The notes under the pieces are model-generated. The model made no database searches, had not been told where the DNA came from, and was given only the letters and a program-made list of their open reading frames with translations. Position numbers and translations under genes: made by a program. Of a stretch of 64,000 bases of DNA, positions 40,292 through 50,381 are shown piece by piece. The stretch comes from Alphaproteobacteria bacterium (GTDB lineage Bacteria; Pseudomonadota; Alphaproteobacteria; UBA828): NCBI GenBank assembly GCA_963422645.2, contig CAXXVO010000017.1, forward strand, positions 192,001-256,000, given 5' to 3'. Numbering within the stretch: the first letter of the stretch is position 1; each line of letters starts with the position of its first letter.

Positions 40292-43200
40292 CTATTCGCC
40301 TGCCGGCAGCCAGATCAGGCGGGGCGCGTCGACGAAGAGCAGGCCGCAGGTGATCCTGCGGTCCGGGAAGACCACAGCGAGCGCTGCGCGATAGCTCTCC
40401 ATCTGGATGCGATACGCCTCTGGCACGGCCTCATCCTCAGCTGGCGCACGGCCGGTCTTGTAGTCGAGCGCGATCAGCTCCCGCTCGCCCACCAGCAGCC
40501 GGTCGATCTGGCCGGAAATCACCCGATCGCCGACGACCGCGCTGATCGGGGCCTCAGCCAGGGCGTCGGGTGCGAAGAGCGCGGCGAACGCCGGGTCGGC
40601 GACCAGCGCAATCATGGCCTCCGCCAGCGCCTCGCGCTCGCCGTCGTCGAGGCTGAAGGAATTGAGCAAGTGGCGCGCAGCAGTCGGTCGATCCTTGGGA
40701 GGCAACGTCGGCAAGTGTTCGAGCAGCTTGTGTGCGGCATTGCCGCGCTCGCGCGCGTGCCGGCCGGCATCGTCGATGGGTGAGTGCGGCGCGGGCTCCG
40801 GGACCGCGCGGGAGGGCGCGAGTGGGCGAGGTGCCGGCGGCTCTTCAGCCGGCGGCACGAGCAGCTCGGGCGGTAGCGGCGGAGTTCCATCGGCTTCCGG
40901 CGCCGGCTCTTCCCGTGACGGCACCGGTGCCGATTGCAGCTCGGCATAGACCAGTCCCTCGCCCTCCGGCATCGCCAGAGGCTCGACTCCCTTCAGGCTC
41001 TCCAACCCTGAGCGCACCAGCGCGTACCAACAATCCTCGGGCGGCGTGTCCCGCCCCTGCCAGCCGCAGACATAGAGCCGATCTTCGGCGCGGGTCATCG
41101 CGACGTAGAGGAGCCTCCGGTATTCTTCCTCCTGTGCGGCGCGGGTGCGGGCGCGGGCTTCGCGGGCGAGCGGATCCTCCCGGCTCGCGCGGCCCGGCCA
41201 CAGCAAGCCTTCGACCCTGCCGACTCCGCCGTCCGCACGCTCCTCCTCGAGCCAGACCAAAGGGTCCCGACCTCTCGGCTTACGCATGGTATCGGGCAGG
41301 AAGACGACCGGCGCCTCCAGGCCCTTGGCGCCGTGCACGGTCATGATCCGCACCTCGTCGCGGCCCTGCTCGAAGTCTCTCTTGATCTCCGCGCGCCCGT
41401 CCTGGACCCAGTGCAGGAACCCCTGGAGCGAAGGCGGGTGCGTCCGACCGTAGGCGAGCGCGAGCGCCAGGAACTCCTCGATGGCGTCCCCCGATTCCGG
41501 CCCGAGGCGGCCGAGTAGCGCGGAGCGCCCGCCGCTTGCGCCCAGCACCTCGCTGTAGAACTCGAAGGGCGCTATCCAGTCCGCGGCGCCGCGAAAGGCG
41601 ACGAGCGCCTCGAATGCCTCGGCGAACGCGGGGCTCTCGTCTCGCCGCCGAGAGAGCGTCGCCCACAGGCTCGCGTCGCCGCGCTGGAACGCAAGGGCGA
41701 AGAGCGCATCCTCGTCGAGCCCAATCAGCGGGCTCTTGAGCACCGTGGCAAGGGTCAGGTCGTCGCCCGGCAGCAGGCAGAATTCGCCGAGCGCAATCAG
41801 GTCCATGACTGCGAGCTGCTCGGTCAGCACCATGCGGTCGATCCCCGCCACCGGCACGCCGCGCGCCTTGAGGGCCCGTAGCAGATGATCCACGAAGGGG
41901 CCGCGCCGGCGCACCAGCACCAGCACATCGCCGGGCCGAATCGAGCGGCCTCGAGCCTCCAGCCAGCCCTCGCTGCCTTCGTCCGCCTGCTCTTGCGTCC
42001 ACCCAGCCACGCGGTCCGCGATAAGCGCGGCGAGGCGTGCGGCTGGATCGTCGGCTCCCTCACGTTTCACCGGCGGCGCCCACGGCTCCAACGGTTCCTT
42101 TTCTTCAGGCACCAGCGGCAGCCACAGCTCGACCCTGCCGCCGGCGCCCGCGCGATGAACCTGGTGGCGGATCGGCACGGCCTCCGCGGTGACGCCGTCG
42201 CGCGCCGCAGGCTGGGCGAACACGGCGTCGACTGTGGCGAGCACCGCTGCGGTCGATCGGAAGGACTCTGCCAGGGGGAGCGATTCCCACGGCCTCTCGG
42301 CGGCCTGGGCCCGGCTCTGGAATTGCCGATGGGCGGCCGCCAGCGCGCGGGCATCGGCGCCCTGGAAGCTGAAGATCGACTGCTTCTCGTCGCCGACCGC
42401 GAAGAGGGTGCGCGGCGCGGCGCGGGCGCCTTCCCCGGCGAAGAACTCCTCCGCCAAAGCCGCGATCACGGCCCATTGGGTCGGGCTGGTGTCCTGCGCC
42501 TCGTCGATCAGCAGGTGGTCAAGGCCGCCGTCGAGCTTGTAGAGCACCCAGGGTGCGATCCCCGCGCGGGCAAGAAGGCTGCGGCTGATCGAGATCTGAT
42601 CGCCGTAGTCGAGCACGGCATGGCGCGCTTTCTCGGCTCCGTAGAAGCCGAGATGGCGGGCCGCAATCTCGATCAGGGCGGCAGTGCTTTCGGCAACGCG
42701 GGCGGCGTTCCAACGTTCGACGCACGCGACGACCCTCTCCTGCTCCAGGCCGAGCGCCTCTGTGGCGTCCGGGTGCGCATCGCCGAGCTTCTTGGTGACG
42801 AGGCTCTGGAGAGGGCCGCCGTCCTCACGCAAAAAGGCGCGGCGGTAGGCACCGAACCCCGCCGTCCGACCATCATGGTCCGCGTTTAGCCACGTCGCGA
42901 TCTTCTGTGCCCGTCTCTGGTCCGTCACTGTCCCACCGTCGAGGACGCGGGCGGCTCTGGTCAGCCTCGCCCCATCGAACGCGTCCTCGGCGCACACCTC
43001 GGCGAGCACGCTTTCGGGCGTTGCCCCCTCGGCCACAGCGAGGCGTTCCCGCATTGCCGCGATGGCGCCGGCGGTGCCGCCATGACGCTCCAGCACGGCT
43101 GCGAAACGATCCCGCGTACTGCTCACGTCCGCCAGCAGGGCGCCGAAACCTTCTTCGCCGATGACCGCAGTCATCGCGGCGAGGGCGGAGGCAAGGGCAT

Positions 43201-43720
43201 CGTCAACGCCGGGTCGGGCGGCGTGCAGCAGACGCGCGCGGGCCGCGCCCAGCAGCGTGGTGCTCATGCGCTCGTCGGCGATCTCGAAATTCGGCGCGAC
43301 GCCCGCCTCCAGCGGGAAGCGCCGCAGCAGCGACTGGCAGAAGGCGTGGATGGTCTGGATCTTGAGCCCGTCGGGCACGTCGAGCACGGCGGCAAAGAGG
43401 CGGCGCGCTCGGTCGAGCATGGAGCGCCGGGGCGGGGCGCCGGTCAGCACGGTCAACGCGGCCGAAAGCGCCTCGTCGTCCGCGACGGTCCAGCCCGCAA
43501 GCTCGCGCGTGATCCTGAGTGCCATCTCGGCGGCGGCAGCGCGGGTGAAGGTGAGGCAAAGGATTCGCTCGGGCGCGGTGCCGCCGAGCAGCAGGCGCAG
43601 CACGCGGTCTGTCAGCACCTTGGTCTTGCCCGTTCCCGCCGAGGCGCCGACCCAGACCGAGGCACCGGGGTCCGACGCCCTGTGCTGGGCCGGCGTCATC
43701 CCGGGCACGCGCGCGGCCAT
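40292..43720 (-). CDS. addA: Double-strand break repair helicase/nuclease AddA
   Basis: ASAGTGKT, IDEAQD, TVHGAKGLE, DYKT nuclease motif. Confidence 0.95.
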   Translation of the reverse strand: MAARVPGMTPAQHRASDPGASVWVGASAGTGKTKVLTDRVLRLLLGGTAPERILCLTFTRAAAAEMALRITRELAGWTVADDEALSAALTVLTGAPPRRSMLDRARRLFAAVLDVPDGLKIQTIHAFCQSLLRRFPLEAGVAPNFEIADERMSTTLLGAARARLLHAARPGVDDALASALAAMTAVIGEEGFGALLADVSSTRDRFAAVLERHGGTAGAIAAMRERLAVAEGATPESVLAEVCAEDAFDGARLTRAARVLDGGTVTDQRRAQKIATWLNADHDGRTAGFGAYRRAFLREDGGPLQSLVTKKLGDAHPDATEALGLEQERVVACVERWNAARVAESTAALIEIAARHLGFYGAEKARHAVLDYGDQISISRSLLARAGIAPWVLYKLDGGLDHLLIDEAQDTSPTQWAVIAALAEEFFAGEGARAAPRTLFAVGDEKQSIFSFQGADARALAAAHRQFQSRAQAAERPWESLPLAESFRSTAAVLATVDAVFAQPAARDGVTAEAVPIRHQVHRAGAGGRVELWLPLVPEEKEPLEPWAPPVKREGADDPAARLAALIADRVAGWTQEQADEGSEGWLEARGRSIRPGDVLVLVRRRGPFVDHLLRALKARGVPVAGIDRMVLTEQLAVMDLIALGEFCLLPGDDLTLATVLKSPLIGLDEDALFALAFQRGDASLWATLSRRRDESPAFAEAFEALVAFRGAADWIAPFEFYSEVLGASGGRSALLGRLGPESGDAIEEFLALALAYGRTHPPSLQGFLHWVQDGRAEIKRDFEQGRDEVRIMTVHGAKGLEAPVVFLPDTMRKPRGRDPLVWLEEERADGGVGRVEGLLWPGRASREDPLAREARARTRAAQEEEYRRLLYVAMTRAEDRLYVCGWQGRDTPPEDCWYALVRSGLESLKGVEPLAMPEGEGLVYAELQSAPVPSREEPAPEADGTPPLPPELLVPPAEEPPAPRPLAPSRAVPEPAPHSPIDDAGRHARERGNAAHKLLEHLPTLPPKDRPTAARHLLNSFSLDDGEREALAEAMIALVADPAFAALFAPDALAEAPISAVVGDRVISGQIDRLLVGERELIALDYKTGRAPAEDEAVPEAYRIQMESYRAALAVVFPDRRITCGLLFVDAPRLIWLPAGE

Positions 43721-46704
43721 CAGTTGTCACTGCCGGGCACCGACCACTCCTTGTGCCGGGCGAGGTGGGCATAGTCGTTCCAGCGTGGGGCGAGTGCCGG
43801 GCGGGGCACCGGATGATAGGGGGTTGCCGGATCGTCGAAACGGGCGATCAACGCACGCAGGCCGTCCGCTGCTGCGTCCGCGAGCGCGCCCGCATCGCCG
43901 CCGATCGCGGTGATCTCGCCGGCGGTCTCGGCGCCGCTCAGCTTCCAGTAGGCGAGCGCCGCGACGTCAGCCGCAGCAACGCCTTTGAAACCGCCCGCCT
44001 CGGCAATCGCGGCCTCCAACGAGAGTTGCGGGCACCGGCCTTCGGTAACGTGTTTCTTTGGCGGAGTGCCGCCGGTCTTGTAGTCGATGATCTCCAGCGC
44101 GCCTGCTTCCGAGCGGTCGATCCGATCGGCCTTCGCCGTGAGGCGGAAAGGACCTGCCGGCCCCTCCAGGTCGAGGACGCCCTCCACCTCGGTCGCGAGC
44201 GGCAGCAAACCGGGTCGGCGATCCCGTTCGGTGTCGACAAACCAGCGCGCAAGCCGCTCGAAGCGCGGCAACCAGAAGGCGAGCACGCCGGGCCGCGCAC
44301 CTGCCGCCTCGAAGTGCGCCCGGCCGAGCTCCAGCAAGCGCGCCTCGACATCCGTAGGCAGCGCGTCCCCGTGTTCCCGCACGAAAGCGTCCAAAATCCG
44401 GTGGATGATGCTGCCGCGCTCCGCCGCGCTCGGGTCCGCGTCAACGGGGTCGAGCTTGAAGAGGCGAAGGATGTCGCGCGCATAGATGGAATAGGGGTCG
44501 CCGATCCAGGTCTCGATCCGCGTGACCGAGAGGCGCCTGGGCCGTGCTCTAACCGGCGGCGCGGGTGCCGGCGCTGGGCGCGGGCCGGGCAGTTCCGCCG
44601 GCCGGTCCAGGGCATGCCACCAGGTGAGCAGCGCCGGATTCATGGCGCGGAGCGCTGATGCTCTCTCCGGCCCGATGGCCAGCAAGGCATCGAGACGCTG
44701 GAGCCAGCGCGCGGGGATGGTCGGCGTGCCTTCGATGCGTCGCGCCCGCGTCAGATAGACCTCTTGTGTCCCACAGCATTGAACGAAGTCGTGGGCGGAG
44801 AGCCCGATGCGAAGCTCTGGCGGCGGCAGTCCGAAGTCCGCGCGCATAGGGCGGCTCATCCAGGGATCGCCCGCAGCCGCCGGCGGCCAGACCCCCTCGT
44901 TCAGCCCGCCCAGGATCATGCAGTCCGCGTGCTGCAAGCGGGCTTCCAGCGGGCCCCAGACTTGCAGGCGCGGGTGGCGGCCGAAGGCCGGGCGGACCAC
45001 ATGGTCCTCCATCAGCGCATCGAGCAGCGCCGGATAGTGGGTCGGCGCCACCGGCGGCAGCGCCGGCGCCGCCTCCAGGAGCCCGGCGACGAAGCGCGCC
45101 GCCTGCGCGCCGGCCTCACCCGACCAGAGCCGGGCGGGCCCGGCTTCGTCAGCAGTGGCCGCGAGCCATTCCGCGAACTCCACGTGGGCTTGCAGGAGCT
45201 TGCGCAGGTCGGCCTCGGGCAGCGCCATGAGGGCGGCGAAGGGCGCGGCGGCGACTTCCAGCCCTTCGAGCCAGGTGCGGATGGCAGCGTCGCCCTCCTT
45301 CAGCGCTGACCGCAGGCCGCTGAAGCCGGGCGCAGGCCGCGGGCCGCGCAGGATCGCTGATTCCATCGCCCGCACGGAATCGCGGAACGCGGCAGGCCGT
45401 TGGCCGCCAGCCGCGAGCGGATGCTTGAGCGCGGCCAGCAGCGGGACCGGCGCGGCCTCCTCGGCAATCATGCGCGCGGAGAGCCGCAGAAAGGCGCCGG
45501 GCGCCGTCTCCCCCAGCGGCTCGCCGGCGGAATCGTCCACCTCGATCCGCCAGCGCCTGAGCTCCGCCGCCACCCTGCGGGCCAGTGCGCGGTCCGCCGT
45601 CACCAGCGCTGCGGTGCGGCCCGGCATCTCCAGCGCGCGGCGCATGACGATGGCGATGACGCCCGCTTCCTCTTGCGGGCTCGCGCAGTCGATCCGGTGG
45701 AGGTCGCGGAGCGCGTCGGGTGCCGGCGGCGGCAGCGTGCGCCATGCGGTGATGGTCTCCGCCGGGCGCATGGCGTCGGCGATCAGCCGCGAACGGGCGC
45801 GGGCGGCGGCGGTACCCGCCCCATCGCCGCCCGGCCAAGGCTCAACGTCCTCGCGCGCTATGCCGATATGGTCGATCAGCCCTTTGAGTGCGTACTGCGG
45901 GTGGGTGGCGCCGATGGCTTCCCAGGTCTCGTCGTCGGCCTCCGTGTTGAGGCCGGGGAGGACGACGGCACCCTGCGGCAGGCGCGCGACGGTAGCCAGC
46001 AGGTCGCGCGTGGCCGGCACGCTCCCGGTGGAGCCTGCGGCGATCACCGGATACGCCGGCGGCTCCGCTGCCCATTGCGCGGCGAGGGCTTCCAGCAGGG
46101 CGTTGCGGCGCGCGGCCGGGTCCATCAGGCCCCGCTCCGCCAGATGTTCCGGCCACGTGTCCATGATGATCGCGAGGAAACTCAGCACCTGTTGCCAATG
46201 CGTCGCGTATTCCTCCGGTGCGAGGTCGCCGAGTCCAAGTGGGTTGCGCCGGGCGATCTGGATTTCGTCGAGCAGGTCTGCAAGCGCGCGCGCGAGCCGC
46301 GCGGCTTGATCCACCGCGCTTGCGCCGATCAGCGCCGCGCCGCCTGGCGTCTCGCCCAGCCTCTGGATCAGGCGAGTGAGTTGCAGCCGGCGCTCTAGCG
46401 GCGAGACAGCGTCTGGCAGGGTCTCGTCCTCTTCGTCGCCGAGGCTCGGCTCGTCCTCGTCGATGTCGCCGAGCGGGCGGATGCGCGGCGGCAGCAGGGC
46501 TTGCCCCGGCGCTGCGCGCAGGAAGGCGAGTCCAAGCGCCCGGCAGGCGCGTCGCGTCGGCAGCAGGATGGTGAGCCGGCTCAGTGCCAGCGGGTCGCTG
46601 GGGTCTAGCGGTACTGCCCGGCCCGACAGGATGCCGCCTGCAAGCGCATCGACGAACGACGCGTAGGGCGGCACCGTGTAGACGGTGGGCGCTCCCTTGC
46701 TCAT
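43720..46704 (-). CDS. addB: Double-strand break repair protein AddB
   Basis: LPTRRACR, GPLEARL, DPYSIYA, ADRID..IIDYKTG. Confidence 0.95.
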   Translation of the reverse strand: MSKGAPTVYTVPPYASFVDALAGGILSGRAVPLDPSDPLALSRLTILLPTRRACRALGLAFLRAAPGQALLPPRIRPLGDIDEDEPSLGDEEDETLPDAVSPLERRLQLTRLIQRLGETPGGAALIGASAVDQAARLARALADLLDEIQIARRNPLGLGDLAPEEYATHWQQVLSFLAIIMDTWPEHLAERGLMDPAARRNALLEALAAQWAAEPPAYPVIAAGSTGSVPATRDLLATVARLPQGAVVLPGLNTEADDETWEAIGATHPQYALKGLIDHIGIAREDVEPWPGGDGAGTAAARARSRLIADAMRPAETITAWRTLPPPAPDALRDLHRIDCASPQEEAGVIAIVMRRALEMPGRTAALVTADRALARRVAAELRRWRIEVDDSAGEPLGETAPGAFLRLSARMIAEEAAPVPLLAALKHPLAAGGQRPAAFRDSVRAMESAILRGPRPAPGFSGLRSALKEGDAAIRTWLEGLEVAAAPFAALMALPEADLRKLLQAHVEFAEWLAATADEAGPARLWSGEAGAQAARFVAGLLEAAPALPPVAPTHYPALLDALMEDHVVRPAFGRHPRLQVWGPLEARLQHADCMILGGLNEGVWPPAAAGDPWMSRPMRADFGLPPPELRIGLSAHDFVQCCGTQEVYLTRARRIEGTPTIPARWLQRLDALLAIGPERASALRAMNPALLTWWHALDRPAELPGPRPAPAPAPPVRARPRRLSVTRIETWIGDPYSIYARDILRLFKLDPVDADPSAAERGSIIHRILDAFVREHGDALPTDVEARLLELGRAHFEAAGARPGVLAFWLPRFERLARWFVDTERDRRPGLLPLATEVEGVLDLEGPAGPFRLTAKADRIDRSEAGALEIIDYKTGGTPPKKHVTEGRCPQLSLEAAIAEAGGFKGVAAADVAALAYWKLSGAETAGEITAIGGDAGALADAAADGLRALIARFDDPATPYHPVPRPALAPRWNDYAHLARHKEWSVPGSDN

Positions 46705-47444
46705 CCACTTTCTCCGCCCCGTTCGCGGGTGAGGTAGCGCTCGGCGGCTTCGAGGCCGTCCAGCGAGCCGACGTGGAGCATGTGGCCGCGATGCTCCAAC
46801 CCGAAGAGGCGGCCCGTGAGGATCGCCTCGTCATAGTGGCGGTTGAGCGAGTAGGCGCCGGCGGGCGCATCCGCAAAGAGACGGGGGTGTAGGACTTGCG
46901 TGCCGGTGAAGACGAAGGGCGCGGCCGGCGCCCTGCCGCGCCGGCTGAGCCGCCCGTCCTCATGGCGGAAGAAGTCGCCCGCGCCGTCGTAGCCCAGCGC
47001 GCGGGGCAGGGGGCAGATGAGGAGGAGCGCATCCATCGCCTCACCGTCCCAGGCCGCGGCCAGGCATGGCAGCGCCGGTGGGCCGCCCTCCGCCAAGACG
47101 ACGTCGCTGTTCACGACATAGAACGCGTCATCGCCGAGCCATGGGAGCGCGCGGCGCACGCCACCGCCGGTCTCCAGCCGCTCTTCTTCGCGCGAGAAGC
47201 GAATGCCGGGCGTGCCAAGCCGCTCCGTATGCGCGGCGAGGAAGGACTCGATCTGCGCCGCCAGGTGATGGGTGTTGACGACGATGTCGTCCACGCCGGC
47301 CCGTTCCAGGCTCTCCAGGGCGTGGGCGATGAGCGGCTTGCCGGCGACCCGAACGAGCGGCTTCGGAATCGTCTCACTCACCGCGCGCATGCGCGTGCCC
47401 AGGCCCGCCGCGAGCACCATCCCTCGCGAGGGCCGGGCGCTCAC
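46701..47444 (-). CDS. murU: MurU-like nucleotidyltransferase
   Basis: MVLAAGLGTRMR, PKPLV, LETGGG; GTG start overlaps the amgK stop. Confidence 0.85.
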   Translation of the reverse strand: MSARPSRGMVLAAGLGTRMRAVSETIPKPLVRVAGKPLIAHALESLERAGVDDIVVNTHHLAAQIESFLAAHTERLGTPGIRFSREEERLETGGGVRRALPWLGDDAFYVVNSDVVLAEGGPPALPCLAAAWDGEAMDALLLICPLPRALGYDGAGDFFRHEDGRLSRRGRAPAAPFVFTGTQVLHPRLFADAPAGAYSLNRHYDEAILTGRLFGLEHRGHMLHVGSLDGLEAAERYLTRERGGESG

Positions 47445-48451
47445 GGTGCGGGACTCCGCACCTGCGGCGGGACCCAGCGGTCGAACCAGGCCCGCACCGG
47501 GGCGAGCGAGGGATGGACGAGATCGGCATCGAGGTGCTGCCACACCCTCGGCAAATGGGCGAGATAGCCGGGTTTGTTGTCCCGCTTCGCCAGCCGGTGG
47601 AAGACGCCGATGATCCGCACCGCACGCTGCGCGCCGAGAATGGCGTACGCCGCACGGAACGCAGCCTCATCGAGGTTGGGCGACGCGTTCAGATAGCGCG
47701 CGACCATCGCCGCCTCCAGGCCGGCGCCGAGGTCACGCCGCGCGTCCTGCAGCAGCGAGACCAGGTCGTATGCCGGAGGGCCTGCGCGCGCGTCCTGAAA
47801 ATCCAGCAGCCCGACCCGGCCGACCCCCGACGCGCCGCAGTCCCCGTCGCCCCGCGCCGGAAGCCACATCAGATTGCCGGCGTGAAAGTCGCGCAGGCAG
47901 AGCACCGCCGGGCCCCGTATCGCCTCTTCCAGCGGTTCGCACCACGCCGCCTCGAATTCTGCCGCCATCGAGGACTCCGCCGCATCTCCAATGGCAGTCT
48001 CCAGAAAGAGCGAGGCATCGCTCATCAGCCACGCGGGGCCGTAGTGAGGCAGATCGGGTGGCATCGGCCGGCGGCGGAGATCGATCAGAATATCGGTCGC
48101 CGCCTCGTAGAGCGTGCGTTCCAGGGAGGACGCGTCTGGACCGGCGAGCAGGGCTGAAAAAGAGTCGTCACCTAAGTCCTCGAGCAGAGCGAAGCCCAGG
48201 GCCTCGTCTGAGTCGAAGATTTCAGGGGCGCTGTAGCCCATGTCCCTAAGCAGCCGCGCGATCCGCGCGAAAGGGCCGATGGAATGCCCGGGCGGAGGGT
48301 CGTCCATGAGCACTATCGTGGTATCGCCCCGTGTGAGCCGCTCGTAACGCCGCGCCGAGGCGTCGCCGGCGAGCGGTCGGTACGCCGCATCGCCCCAGCC
48401 TGCGCGCGCTGCGAAGGCCTGGCGCTGCCTCTCGCGCTCGAGATCGCTCAC
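47441..48451 (-). CDS. amgK: AmgK-like anomeric MurNAc/GlcNAc kinase (APH family)
   Basis: LAGDASARRY, RDFHAGNL, LLDFQDA; tsaE-amgK-murU synteny. Confidence 0.82.
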   Translation of the reverse strand: MSDLERERQRQAFAARAGWGDAAYRPLAGDASARRYERLTRGDTTIVLMDDPPPGHSIGPFARIARLLRDMGYSAPEIFDSDEALGFALLEDLGDDSFSALLAGPDASSLERTLYEAATDILIDLRRRPMPPDLPHYGPAWLMSDASLFLETAIGDAAESSMAAEFEAAWCEPLEEAIRGPAVLCLRDFHAGNLMWLPARGDGDCGASGVGRVGLLDFQDARAGPPAYDLVSLLQDARRDLGAGLEAAMVARYLNASPNLDEAAFRAAYAILGAQRAVRIIGVFHRLAKRDNKPGYLAHLPRVWQHLDADLVHPSLAPVRAWFDRWVPPQVRSPAP

Positions 48452-48960
48452 CCGTCCGCCTCCAGATTTCGCGCGATAGTAACTGCAAGTGTTCGGGCGC
48501 GGGGTCCGTGGGGAGTGATCGTGACGAGCCGCGTCTCGTCGTTTTCGCCCGGCGCGAGGTGCAACTCCAGCCAGTCGGCAGGCATCATGGCACCCAGCTT
48601 CTCCGGCCATTCGATCAGCGAGATGGCGTTCGAGAACGCGTCCTCGATGCCGAGCTCGTAGGCGTCCTCCGGCCCATCCAGGCGGTAGAGGTCGAAGTGC
48701 CAGATCGCACCCGCCGCGTGCTCGTAGATCTGCACCAGGGTGAAGGTGGGGCTTGGAACCTCCTCCTCCGGCCGGCCGAGCCGGGCGCGGATGAAGGCCC
48801 TTGCGAAGGCGGTCTTGCCGCTGCCAAGCGGCCCACGGAGCCCAACTACGTCGCCCGACGCCGCGTGCGGGGCGCTGCGCTGCGCTAGCCGCTCGGTGTC
48901 CGCGAGGGCGTCCGCACGCAGGGTGAGGGGCTCGCGCGGCGTCGCGCTTTCGCTCTCCGT
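48448..48960 (-). CDS. tsaE: tRNA t6A biosynthesis ATPase TsaE (non-canonical start; 5' end uncertain)
   Basis: Open frame with GDVVGLRGPLGSGKTAFARA, VPSPTFTLVQIY, HFDLYRL, IEWPE. Confidence 0.88.
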   Translation of the reverse strand, partial: TESESATPREPLTLRADALADTERLAQRSAPHAASGDVVGLRGPLGSGKTAFARAFIRARLGRPEEEVPSPTFTLVQIYEHAAGAIWHFDLYRLDGPEDAYELGIEDAFSNAISLIEWPEKLGAMMPADWLELHLAPGENDETRLVTITPHGPRARTLAVTIARNLEADG

Positions 48961-48979
48961 GGCGCTCGGCGCCCTATCG

Positions 48980-50275
48980 TCAGTATCGGTAGTGATCGGG
49001 CTTGAACGGCCCCTCTTGTGGCACCCCGATGTAAGCGGACTGCTTGTCCGAGAGCGCGGTCAGCTTCGCACCCAGCTTGCCCAGATGGAGCGCCGCTACC
49101 TTCTCGTCGAGGTGCTTAGGCAGGGTGTAGACGCGGTGCTCGTAGCTCGCGTGGTTCTGCCAGAGCTCCATCTGCGCCAGCACCTGGTTGGAGAACGAGG
49201 AGCTCATCACGAAAGAGGGATGACCGGTGGCGCAGCCGAGATTCACGAGACGGCCCTTGGCCAGCACGATCAGGCGCTTGCCGTCGGGGAACTCGACCTC
49301 GTCCACCTGCGGCTTGACCTCGTGCCAGGGGAAGTTGGCCAGCGCGTCGATCTGAATCTCGGAATCGAAGTGGCCGATGTTACAGACGATGGCGCGGTCC
49401 TTCATCTGGCGCATGTGGTCGATGGTGATGACGTCGACGTTGCCGGTGGCGGTGACGAACACGTCCGCCTCGCCGGCCTTGTCGTCCATGGTCGAGACCT
49501 CGTAGCCCTCCATCGCCGCCTGCAGCGCGCAGATCGGGTCGATCTCGGTCACGCAGACGCGCGCGCCCTGCCCGCGCAGCGACGCCGCACAGCCCTTGCC
49601 GACATCGCCATAGCCGTTCACCACCGCGATCTTGCCCGCGAGCATCACGTCGGTCGCTCGCTTGATGCCGTCCACGAGGCTCTCGCGACAGCCGTAGAGG
49701 TTGTCGAACTTCGACTTGGTGACCGAATCGTTCACGTTGATGGCGGGCGCGCCCAGGGTGCCCTTCTGCTCCATCTCGTAGAGCCGGAGCACTCCGGTTG
49801 TGGTCTCCTCCGAAATCCCCTTGATGTCCGCCATCAGCGAGGGGTGCTCGTCATGCATGAACTTGGTGAGGTCGCCGCCGTCATCCAGGATCATGTTGGG
49901 GCGCCAGCCGTCAGGGCCCTCGACGGTCCGGTCGATGCACCAGTCGTACTCCTCCTCGGTCTCACCCTTCCAGGCGAAGACGGGGACGCCGGCATCGGCC
50001 ATGGCGGCGGCGGCGTGGTCCTGGGTCGAGAAGATGTTGCAGGAGCTCCAGCGCACCTCCGCGCCCAGCGCCCTCAGCGTCTCGATAAGGACGGCGGTCT
50101 GAATCGTCATGTGGAGGCAGCCGGCGATGCGTGCGCCGGCCAGCACCTGCGCCTCGCCGAACTCTGCGCGGAGCGCCATCAGCCCCGGCATTTCGGTCTC
50201 GGCGATGGCGATTTCCTTGCGGCCCCAGCCGGCGAGCGAGAGGTCCTTCACCTTGTAGTCGGCGCCGTTCGTCAT
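48980..50275 (-). CDS. ahcY: Adenosylhomocysteinase
   Basis: [34 protein letters not shown]. Confidence 0.97.
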   Translation of the reverse strand: MTNGADYKVKDLSLAGWGRKEIAIAETEMPGLMALRAEFGEAQVLAGARIAGCLHMTIQTAVLIETLRALGAEVRWSSCNIFSTQDHAAAAMADAGVPVFAWKGETEEEYDWCIDRTVEGPDGWRPNMILDDGGDLTKFMHDEHPSLMADIKGISEETTTGVLRLYEMEQKGTLGAPAINVNDSVTKSKFDNLYGCRESLVDGIKRATDVMLAGKIAVVNGYGDVGKGCAASLRGQGARVCVTEIDPICALQAAMEGYEVSTMDDKAGEADVFVTATGNVDVITIDHMRQMKDRAIVCNIGHFDSEIQIDALANFPWHEVKPQVDEVEFPDGKRLIVLAKGRLVNLGCATGHPSFVMSSSFSNQVLAQMELWQNHASYEHRVYTLPKHLDEKVAALHLGKLGAKLTALSDKQSAYIGVPQEGPFKPDHYRY

Positions 50276-50381
50276 TCTTGGTTCCTTGCCCGCCTGCGCG
50301 GCTTACCCGCCTCTGCCGGCGCGGCTTGTAGCACCGCCGCCGGGGGGTCACAACAGGCGTCACCCGTCACGGCATGCTGCC

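Noticed and set aside
50276-50381. SAH riboswitch upstream of ahcY
   Set aside because: The conserved GAGGAGCG...CAGGCUC core could not be found.
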